42,549 bases of DNA from a virus, in the IMG/VR virus record IMGVR_UViG_3300045988_052165, positions 1 through 42,549 of that record; one strand, 5' to 3'. The translations under genes were made by a program, and so were the position numbers. The stretch's first letter is position 1. Every line of letters begins with the position of its first letter. The notes under the pieces are model-generated. The model was not told the DNA's origin, did not search any database, and was given only the letters and a program-made list of their open reading frames with translations. Shown here one piece after another: positions 8,079 to 15,700 of the stretch.

Positions 8079-9464
8079 TTACCCCATGATGTAGCTCCGG
8101 CTCAGGCCGCTGCCGCACATGGCCGTATGATAGTCCATGCCTCCCTCGTCCTCCTCGTCCTCGGTTTCCTCCCGCTCCCGTTCTCCGGGGAGGACGTAGG
8201 TCTGGGCGAAGTATCTCAAAGCGTCGGGGCCGTGGGTTATTTCATGGGGGTCCTTGCGGGCGTCGTTTGGGTCTGTCTTGTCGTGCTGCAAACACTTGAT
8301 GCACTCAATCAGGCTGCCGCAGGTGTCGAATATGATGAGCCCCGGCTTTCCGTCCTCCCGGAGCTTGAAAAGCTCCTTCAGAGCGTACCAGCCCTGCTTC
8401 CGGTTATTATCCGCCTTGACCAGCCCCACCCCGTTTTCGGCGAAGGTGGCCGCCTGGGTCTTGCCCGTCTCCCGGCTCCGCGCCCACATATCCGGTGGGG
8501 AAATGGTAAAGTCAATATTCTCATCCGGCCGGGTCAATTCCAGCTGCTTTCTTGCCGCGTCGGAAACCACCATATTGCTCTGGGCAAACTGCCGGTAGAC
8601 GTAGCATCGTCCGGTTTCGTCAACCGCAACCCAGATGCAGAAGAACATGTCGAGGCCGTAGTCCATGGCTCGGTAGCGTTTCCAGTTCGGCTTCAGGGGG
8701 AAGGGCTTGCAGGTATGGATGCCGTCGGTAAACTCGTCGAAGTACACCCCTGCCAGGGCGTTCCAGTCGCCGTACCGGTGCGCCCGCCGGACGTCCTCGG
8801 GCAACAGCTCCAGCTGCTTGACGTAGTCCGGGTTCGCCTCCATCAGGTCTTTGTTGTCGTCCACCGTGGCAGGAATGAAAACATAGTCCTTCGGGTCCTC
8901 CCCGGTCTTGAACTGCCGGTCTATGAACAGCCGCTTCACCCAGAAATGGCCGGGTCCGCCGGGGTTGCAGGTCAGGTAAATCCGCTTGGGTATCTTGTTC
9001 GCGCCACGGACGATACCCGCCAGCCCCCGGAACTCGCTTTCAAAGAACTGGGTCGCCTCGTCGATGAACAGCCATTCGTATTCCTGACCCTGGTATTTGC
9101 CCTGCACCGCCGCGCCGTAGTCGGGCATGTTGCCGAACTTGATCTTTGACCCGTTGGTAAAGGTAATGACGTGGTCGGACTTGTTGTAGTTGAACGTACC
9201 CGGCGCAAGGATTTTCAGCATGGGGTCAATGAGCGACCCCTCCATGACCCCGTATTCCCGCCGGAGGATCAGTATCCGGATTCCCGGGTAGGTGTAAGCG
9301 CCCAGCGCCGCCTTGCGCACCACTGCCCAGGACTTGCCGCCGCCTCTTGCGCCGCCGTAGCAGGTGTACTTGGCCGTGCTCAGGAAAAATTTCCATTGCG
9401 GCTCCGAATTGGGCGACCCGATATTTACTTTTACAGCGCTCTCAGCCGCCTTTTTTGCCGCCAT
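8079..9464 (-). CDS. terL: Terminase large subunit
   Basis: 461 aa. Walker A is YGGARGGGKSW, Walker B is WLFIDEATQF, and the C-terminal half is nuclease-like. Confidence 0.9.
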   Translation of the reverse strand: MAAKKAAESAVKVNIGSPNSEPQWKFFLSTAKYTCYGGARGGGKSWAVVRKAALGAYTYPGIRILILRREYGVMEGSLIDPMLKILAPGTFNYNKSDHVITFTNGSKIKFGNMPDYGAAVQGKYQGQEYEWLFIDEATQFFESEFRGLAGIVRGANKIPKRIYLTCNPGGPGHFWVKRLFIDRQFKTGEDPKDYVFIPATVDDNKDLMEANPDYVKQLELLPEDVRRAHRYGDWNALAGVYFDEFTDGIHTCKPFPLKPNWKRYRAMDYGLDMFFCIWVAVDETGRCYVYRQFAQSNMVVSDAARKQLELTRPDENIDFTISPPDMWARSRETGKTQAATFAENGVGLVKADNNRKQGWYALKELFKLREDGKPGLIIFDTCGSLIECIKCLQHDKTDPNDARKDPHEITHGPDALRYFAQTYVLPGEREREETEDEEDEGGMDYHTAMCGSGLSRSYIMG

Positions 9465-9688
9465 TATCTGTCCTTTCCGGAAAACAAAAAGCCAGAACCA
9501 ACGCTCTTTCCGGGCGTTCGCTCTGGCTCATGGCTCTGGCTTTTTCCGCTGTATTCAATTACGCTTTCGTTCTTGCATCTCCCGCAGAACAGCGGGAACC
9601 GTCTCAGCTCTGTGGAGGAAAGCACCCTGGTCTTTGTCCTGCACCCACACACCGGGCAATATAAAAACCCTCGTTCATCTACTCGCAC
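9464..9688 (-). CDS. Cysteine-rich KTR domain protein (small zinc ribbon)
   Basis: 74 aa from GTG 9688 (AGGGAGG + 5 nt). The track ORF 9464..9766 runs into the tRNA-Ser gene. The motif is YCPVCGCRTKTRV..LRRFPLFCGRCKNESVIEY. Its stop overlaps the terL ATG (TAATG). Confidence 0.7.
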   Translation of the reverse strand: MRVDERGFLYCPVCGCRTKTRVLSSTELRRFPLFCGRCKNESVIEYSGKSQSHEPERTPGKSVGSGFLFSGKDR

Positions 9689-9706
9689 GATTGCCTCCCT
9701 TTCTCT

Positions 9707-9798
9707 TGGCGGAACAGGCAGGACTCGAACCTGCACACCGGAATCCACCGGCGAACGGATTAGCAATCCGCCGCAGTACCTGTTATGCTTACTGTCCC
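9707..9798 (-). tRNA. tRNA-Ser (anticodon GCU)
   Basis: 92 nt. Acceptor GGGACAG/CTGTTCC, anticodon stem GCGGA/TCCGT with loop TTGCTAA, a long variable arm (CGCCGG..CCGGTG), T-arm GCAGG-TTCGAGT-CCTGC, and an encoded CCA. Folded by hand. Confidence 0.8.
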
Positions 9799-9803
9799 GT
9801 ATT

Positions 9804-9879
9804 TGGTGCTGGTGGCTGGGGTCGAACCAGCTCCCTGCGCCTTATCACGACGCCGCTCCGCCTGTTGAGCTACACCAGC
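9804..9879 (-). tRNA. tRNA-Ile (anticodon GAU)
   Basis: 76 nt. Acceptor GCTGGTG/CACCAGC, D-arm GCTC..GAGC, anticodon stem GCGTC/GGCGC with loop GTGATAA, T-arm GCTGG-TTCGACC-CCAGC, and an encoded CCA. Folded by hand; position 32 is an unusual G. Confidence 0.75.
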
Positions 9880-9970
9880 ATTTTTTTATTTTTTATGACC
9901 GCTTTTTCAAAACCACCCCGCCCGTTTCCCCTCTACCCCCTCCCGGGGCAGTCTCAAAATTCGTTGCCGT

Positions 9971-10115
9971 GTATAGTATATATATTATATATTATATATA
10001 AGCTATAATATTAATATTAAAGCTATAGGTTATATATAAGCTATATAAGCTATAAAGTATATACCAGTCTTTATCTTAGATATAGGCTTTAAGTATATTA
10101 TTAATCTTACTATTG
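9971..10115. repeat. AT-rich island with repeated 13-mer TATATAAGCTATA
   Basis: The 13-mer occurs at 9995-10007, 10033-10045 and 10042-10054, with a degenerate copy (AAAGCTATAGG) at about 10018-10029. The segment is almost free of G/C in an otherwise GC-rich genome. Confidence 0.85.
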
Positions 10116-10490
10116 CCGCATTGATGTTTGAATTTTGCCGGGAAGAAGAAAACGGTCGGAAACTAGGAAATGGAAAGAGAGGGTGTGTCGCATATATCTA
10201 TACCTTATCGAACGACCCCACCCCCTTCCCCGCTATCCCCCCGGGGGGTGGGTGGCTCGAAGGATAGCCCTTCGGTGCTGGCCTATATTTCAACCAGCCA
10301 GGGGGCTTATAGCTCAGCCAGGGCAGCACCAGCGGCACAACAGCCATTGCGTTTATACCCCAATTGTCCACGGCTGGAATACACCAATTGCAATTATCCT
10401 TGAAATGTTCGTACTTTCCGGATTGCATATGCAATTTCCAAACATTTCGGAGAAAACGAACGCAACAAAATCTACTTTTTGTGGCGTTCA

Positions 10491-10925
10491 CTATTTCCCG
10501 GCCTTCTTGCCCCGTGGATCATCCCCACCAAACTGAATATTGATCTTCGTCGGGCTTGCCGTGCCTACTTCCCTATCGGTGTAACTGATGCCATCGCCCA
10601 CATCCTGCTTAAGGGCAAATATGCCCTTGGATTGCACCTGCCCAGACCAGCCCGACCCGCTGAGAATCTGGCCGCGAACCCATGTAGCCATCCTTTTAAG
10701 CGCCACCGCCCTATCATAGTATGCGCTTTTCCTGTCCTGCCCACGTTCCATACATTCCTTTACTTCCGCTTCCGTATAGCCAAGTGTAGCGCAGAAATGG
10801 GGCCATGAAGCCCTAGGGAATCGCTCTTCCGCCAAATCCTGCTTATACTTCTTGATAGCGGCATTCAGTTCTTTCTCCGGCATGCGGAAAGGGATACCAG
10901 CGCCTGAATTTTCGTTTCCGGGCAT
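10491..10925 (-). CDS. terS: Terminase small subunit
   Basis: 144 aa from ATG 10925 (GGAGGTGGttttgATG). It has an HTH-like segment (PRASWPHFCATLGYTEAEVKE) and IFALKQDVGDGISYTDRE, which resembles the TerS 'IFxLKNxxGYxDK' motif. Confidence 0.7.
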   Translation of the reverse strand: MPGNENSGAGIPFRMPEKELNAAIKKYKQDLAEERFPRASWPHFCATLGYTEAEVKECMERGQDRKSAYYDRAVALKRMATWVRGQILSGSGWSGQVQSKGIFALKQDVGDGISYTDREVGTASPTKINIQFGGDDPRGKKAGK

Positions 10926-11233
10926 CAAAACCACCTCCAAAAGTTCGGAAATCAACATTTATCTAATCTCTATAATATTCAATAAACGAACGTTTGTCAA
11001 TATCGAATAACGATAATAAATACATGATAAGCAAAAAGAAAGCGCCGCATTGTAATAATGCGACGCGGTGAGGAACAGCGGTGTATAATACGTGGTGCTT
11101 GCGGCCGTGGAGTGCTTAATCTCTGGAAAAGAAAAAAGCTGGAATAATCCAGATATAATAATTAAATTAAAGCGGGAAAAAGGGTAGGCTTTGGGGTGCT
11201 GAAAAAATATTTTGAAAAAAGTAAAATTGGGGC

Positions 11234-11262
11234 TTGACATACTTAATTGAGTATGCTATAAC
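11234..11262 (+). promoter_or_regulatory. Sigma-70-type promoter of the plus-strand cassette
   Basis: TTGACA (11234-39), a 17-nt spacer, then TATAAC (11257-62). The spacer is occupied by the 18-bp operator. Confidence 0.7.
11238..11255. promoter_or_regulatory. Operator site 1: CATACTTAATTGAGTATG (palindromic arms CATACT/AGTATG)
   Basis: The site lies inside the promoter spacer. Its exact reverse complement recurs at 11715-11732. Confidence 0.6.
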
Positions 11263-11308
11263 ATAGGCAAGCAAGGGCGGCGGCCAACTCCGAAAGGAGG
11301 GAACGCCC

Positions 11309-11386
11309 ATGAGCGTAGAGGAAACCGTAGCGTTACTTATGCTTGTGATAGCGGCTATCTCTCTGGGAATCCAGATAAAGAAATAA
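11309..11386 (+). CDS. 25-aa hydrophobic peptide, holin-like toxin (Hol-Tox)/type I toxin-like
   Basis: MSVEETVALLMLVIAAISLGIQIKK, with SD AAAGGAGGGaacgcccATG about 45 nt downstream of the promoter. It has one TM and a KK C-terminus. It is too short for the ORF track. Confidence 0.55.
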   Translation: MSVEETVALLMLVIAAISLGIQIKK

Positions 11387-11506
11387 CCGCCCCCCACCCC
11401 TAGCGAGAAGCGGCTATTCACCTAGACACTGTTGGCCGAACTTCTCCGCTGGAACCGGGGAAGCCGTCCTTGCCCATCATAATATCATGAATAGGGGGCG
11501 AAGTCA

Positions 11507-11698
11507 ATAGAAAAAAAGCGGAAGACAACGACCAGCACGGAAGTCAAACGGCGGTACAACGAAAAAGTATATAGCAAAGTCCAGGCCGAACTGCCAAAGG
11601 AAATTGTATCTGCATTCCGTGCAAAGTGCGCAGAAAAAAACGTATCCCAGGCAAGCGTAATACTAGAAGGAATCGAACATTTTTTAAGGGAAGATTGA
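11507..11698 (+). CDS. Ribbon-helix-helix-like small DNA-binding protein; the predicted start codon is ATA (non-canonical or inactivated)
   Basis: The open frame 11495-11698 encodes (I)EKKRKTTTSTEVKRRYNEKVYSKVQAELPKEIVSAFRAKCAEKNVSQASVILEGIEHFLRED. AGGGGG lies 8 nt upstream of ATA 11507. The frame contains no ATG, GTG or TTG at all. Confidence 0.5.
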   Translation: MEKKRKTTTSTEVKRRYNEKVYSKVQAELPKEIVSAFRAKCAEKNVSQASVILEGIEHFLRED

Positions 11699-11710
11699 TT
11701 CCCTTAAAAA
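11681..11710 (+). other. 12-bp perfect hairpin spanning the RHH stop codon
   Basis: TTTTTAAGGGAA-gattga-TTCCCTTAAAAA. The loop contains the TGA stop. It could be an attenuator or an RNA stability element. Confidence 0.5.
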
Positions 11711-11714
11711 TATA

Positions 11715-11732
11715 CATACTCAATTAAGTATG
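11715..11732. promoter_or_regulatory. Operator site 2: CATACTCAATTAAGTATG (exact reverse complement of site 1)
   Basis: The site ends 26 nt upstream of the J-domain gene ATG, immediately after the hairpin. Confidence 0.6.
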
Positions 11733-11758
11733 TACACAAACACAAGGAGGAACACATC

Positions 11759-12721
11759 ATGAAATACTTCACCACCTGCACCACCCTGGACGAACTGAAA
11801 AAGGAATTTCGCCGTCTCGCCATGCTGCACCACCCCGACCACGGCGGCGACACCGAGACCATGAAAGCCATCAATGCCGAGTATGACGCGGTGTTTCCCG
11901 TCTTCAAGCTGGCCTATAACCGCACCGCCAAGACCCCCACCGCCGAAACAGCCCAGAGCACCCGCAGCGAGTTCTACACCGCCAACGGCTGGAAGGGCAG
12001 CAACTACGAATCCGGCCGCAGCCTGAAGGAGATCGCCCAGCTCGTCCGCCAGTTCATCAAGGAGCAGTTCCCCACCTATAAATTCAGCGTCCGCACCTCC
12101 TACGCCTCCATGTGCCAGGAGCTCCACGTGGACATGAAGGAAGCCCCCTGCAAGATCTACAAGGACTTCGAGGAGCTGACCGAGGAAGACAAGAACGACC
12201 TTATCCGCCGCATGACCCGCAACAGCGTTTTCACCCTGAGCAGCTGGAACAGCGCCGAATTAAAGGCCGAGTTTGAGCGCATCTGGGCAGAACGCGGTGA
12301 TTATTACAAGTGCCCCTCTGACCAGCTGAAAGCCGCCGCCGAAGCCGTGGACGGCTATGTGAAATCCTTCAGCTTTGACGATTGCGACGGCATGATTGAT
12401 TATTTCCACGTGAATTTTTATTACTTCGGCTGCCTGCAAGACAACGCCCGGGGTGTAAAGTTCGTTCCTAAGACTGCCCGGGTCGCCGCGCCGAAGGAGC
12501 CGAAGCAGGAAGAAAAGAAAGCCGGATTCCTCCGGGTGGAGATCAACCCCGAGTTTGACGGCGTGGAGGTTTATTTCCCAGATAAGCCCAGCGACGAGAC
12601 CCGTACCGCCCTGAAAGCCGCCGGTTACCGCTGGCACAGCAAGAAAAAATGCTGGTACGCCCGGAACACGGAACAGCACCTGCAAGCCCTCCGGGCAATT
12701 GAAACCGGCCTGACAGCATAA
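11759..12721 (+). CDS. J-domain (DnaJ-like, HPD motif) protein with uncharacterised central and C-terminal domains
   Basis: 320 aa with SD AAGGAGGAacacatcATG. The N-terminus is LDELKKEFRRLAMLHHPDHGGDTETMKAINAEYDAVF. The C-terminal motif LKAAGYRWHSKKKCWYA recalls domains seen in conjugative-element/phage polyvalent proteins, from memory and unverified. Confidence 0.75.
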   Translation: MKYFTTCTTLDELKKEFRRLAMLHHPDHGGDTETMKAINAEYDAVFPVFKLAYNRTAKTPTAETAQSTRSEFYTANGWKGSNYESGRSLKEIAQLVRQFIKEQFPTYKFSVRTSYASMCQELHVDMKEAPCKIYKDFEELTEEDKNDLIRRMTRNSVFTLSSWNSAELKAEFERIWAERGDYYKCPSDQLKAAAEAVDGYVKSFSFDDCDGMIDYFHVNFYYFGCLQDNARGVKFVPKTARVAAPKEPKQEEKKAGFLRVEINPEFDGVEVYFPDKPSDETRTALKAAGYRWHSKKKCWYARNTEQHLQALRAIETGLTA

Positions 12722-12726
12722 GAAAC

Positions 12727-12750
12727 AGCCGCCCCAAACCCGGGGCGGCT
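12727..12750. terminator. Bidirectional terminator between convergent genes
   Basis: AGCCGCCCC-aaaccc-GGGGCGGCT is followed by TTTCCAATTTC on the plus strand. It lies between the J-domain stop (12721) and the giant ORF stop (12761). Confidence 0.7.
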
Positions 12751-12760
12751 TTCCAATTTC

Positions 12761-15700
12761 TCACACGATTTTTCCGGCTTTGTACAGCCTATAGAACATC
12801 TGCGCTTCCTCGCTGGAGTACCCCAGCGCCACCCATGCGGCGATCATGTCCGCCTTCTTGGTGAACTCCTGGGTCACGCTGTAGGTCTGCGTAAACTGCT
12901 CCGCCGAATATCCCTTGCTGCGGAGATAGGCATACTTGAGTTCCGTCTTGTCCGGTTTCCCGGAATCCGGGTTATAGTCCGGCATATACAGCAGCATGAC
13001 CCTGTCTTTTTCCTTGTCGCTCAGACCGTCCAGCGCCGCGATATAGCCCCATTTATCCCGGTCGGTGACCCTGTTCTCTCCTGTGTTCTTGTCCACGCTG
13101 CCGGTGCCCTGGAGGTCAGCAAGCCCCTTGATAATCCGGTCTGCCACGTCCGAAGAAAGCCCGGATTCCGTCATGGCGTCGAACTTCACCGTGTCAACGG
13201 GGAAGTTCTGCCAGATGGCCATTTCCTCTTTCAGAGCATCGTGGGCAGCCTTGGTGATTTTTCCGTCTTCATAGGCCTTTGCAAGGGTTCGCGACCATTC
13301 CTGCGCTTTCTGCTGGTCGGTCATGACCTCATCGCCGTCCAGCTTCTTGTAGGTGCCGTACAGGCTTGTAAACATCTTGCCGCTTACACCCTTCTCCTTG
13401 GCCGTGATGTAGTATCCGACCCTTCCGCTGTTGTCCCGCTTGAAGTTCTCCCGCTGGGAGAATGGCAGGGACTGATACAGCCCATAGGCCTTATCCAGTG
13501 CGGATGTGTCCATGGACGTAAACGCATTGGAAAATTCCGTTTTTACAACACCGTTCAGAATCTCGTCCCGAACCTCTGCCGCGATTTTCGGTTTGTCCGT
13601 GGTGTAGCCGGATACCTCCGATTTTGCGTGTTCCACGGCGTAGGACTTGGCCTTGTTCAGCGCCGCCGCCTTCTGCTCCGGAGCGAATCTTTCAAACACG
13701 TTGCTGTCGATCAAAGCGCGGTAGTAGTCGTTCACCAGATTGCCGTAGGTCTTCTGGTAAGTCTCCCGGGCGCCACCGTCCAAAGCAACGGTTTCCCCGT
13801 CCACCCTGATATCCATAGGTGCCTGACGGTCGGGGAAGAAGCTGCTGTCCCCGGTCTTATCTTTCAGGTCTTCCAGATAACCGGTGACCTCGTTTTTCCG
13901 GTACTGCTTCGTGTAGGTTGGGTCAGCAAAGGTTTCCAGGAATCCGCCCCGCTGCTGCTCTTCACCAAGCCCGCTTATCTTCTTTGGCAGGGTCTGGGAA
14001 AGGCCGGGAATCGCCGCAAGGATATTATTCATGGCATATTCTGCGGAGGTGTCGCCCCGGGTGTCCCGGTAATATCCGTCCGCCACCTGCGCCGCCTGCC
14101 TGAGGTACTGAGGGATGAAACTGGAAGCGGTGTCTCCTGCATACCCTGCGAAAGCGTCCGCACGCTCCCCGGCGGTTTCTGCGCTTGTAAGGTTATCCAC
14201 AAGCTCAGTGATATCCACCAGGCCGGACATCATGGGGGTATCCATGAAGGAGTTGAGAACCGACTGCACGGATGCATCCGGGTATTTTGCCAATGCTTCC
14301 AGAACACTGTCCCCCTGCGCCAGTTCATAGCCCAGATACAGCTGGGTGTTGAACGGCTCTAGGAAGTCGAAGCTGGTGATGATATCCCCGTCCTGCCATC
14401 CGTCGCTTTCCCCGGAAAGGCTTCGCTGGAATGCACTCCAGTTGAATTGTGCGCCGTTTCGCCCCTCTGCCTGGATAAGGGCTTTTTCGTCCTTGTCTTT
14501 GGGAGAATTGACCTTGATGATGCCCCGGGCAGCAGCGGCCGCGAAGGCGGCGATCATGACCGTTCCGGTTACGCCACGGCCAAAGTCCGAAACCGCCTGA
14601 CGCTGACGGACGACATCGATATTTTTACCCGCTTTCGCGTCCTTGATAATGGAGATGATCTCACCTGTTCCCTTGGCAATGCCCACGGTGTAGTCAATGC
14701 CGGTCTGGGCGACGTTTGCGGGAACGCTGGCGAATGGGAGAACTACATCTGCTGCAATCTCAGCCGGTGCGCCGATGCTGCTTACCGCGTTTTTTATGCC
14801 AACTGCTCCCCGGGACAGTGTGGAGCCGTGCCGCTTCCCATTATCGTCTATCCATGTCGCGTCCTTGAACGTCCTGCGGTTTGCGGTGTACTCGCTCAGC
14901 TGCTGCACTTCCTCGTCGGTAAGGTTGGAATTCTTGATATTGGTCAGGCTTTCCGATACCGCTTTGTTTGTGCCGCCCTCAAAAATCTTATCGGATACGT
15001 CGAGGTCATAGCCCATATACTTCTGGAACGCATACATGGCACGCATAGCGACGTTTCCGTCAGGGCGGAAGGTCTTGCCCATATACTTTCCGCCGCTCTT
15101 ACCGCCCACGGCCGAACTGAAGGAGCTGAGGGAATCCGTTTCCACCGGGATATCCAGTTCCACGCACAGCGCCGCAAACTTCGCCGCATTCGTCGCGCCC
15201 TTTGCATAAGCGCCAACCTTTGTTAGGTCGTTTCCAACTGTCCGCTTCCCGGTGATCTTGGAAAGCATAGAATCCATCAGCTGCCCCGCGCCGCTGTCGC
15301 TCATAGCGTCCAGGAATCCGGCGGAAGCGTTTCCGGAAAGGTTTCGGATAGTCGTTTTCAGACTGGCAAGCATATGGGATTTGCGGACAGCCATGGCAAC
15401 TTCCGTCTTTGTCCGCGCCCGGAAATCGTCCGGCATTGCGGCGAGCTGGGTGGAGGCTACCACTTTCAGGTCGTCAAAGTCCAGCGTTCCGAGAACGGTC
15501 TCTGCGGCCTTTGTCAGGTTCTGGGAGGTACCGAACCACGCCGTGGTCTTCCTGGAACGGGCGATCTGACGGATAATGTCCCGCATTCCGGCGCTGTCCC
15601 CATCCTTTACCCGCTCAATTTCCATACCAATGCGGTTCAGATTGTCCGCAGTGGCCTTCTGCCACTGCTTGTATGTCTGCCCACCCTTTTTCTGACGGAA

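Noticed and set aside
9171-10008. Plus-strand ORFs 9171..10001, 9347..9664 and 9364..10008.
   Set aside because: They run antisense through terL, the KTR gene and both tRNA genes, and continue into the AT-rich repeats. None is supported by an SD or by composition.
9971-10115. The AT-rich repeats as a CRISPR array or tandem satellite.
   Set aside because: The repeat unit is only 13 bp with irregular, partly overlapping spacing. There is no unique spacer structure and there are no cas genes.
10290-10345. A tRNA-like stretch GGGGGCTTATAGCTCAGCCAGGGCAGCA on the plus strand.
   Set aside because: Only a D-arm-like segment is present. The following sequence gives no anticodon stem, T-arm or matching acceptor 3' strand, so it is not a tRNA and at most a decayed remnant.
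10198-10491. A 97-aa minus-strand ORF abutting the terS stop.
   Set aside because: It has no SD, its GTG start overlaps the stop codon, and it has an odd sequence with poly-Pro/Gly from a C/G-run region. It is kept only as part of the 'no convincing gene' observation.
10959-11421. The AT-rich minus-strand ORFs 10959..11240 and 11167..11421.
   Set aside because: They lie in the intergenic/promoter region between terS and the plus-strand cassette. Their F/I/L/Y/S-rich translation is typical of AT-rich non-coding DNA. The second ORF is antisense to the promoter and the toxin-like peptide gene.
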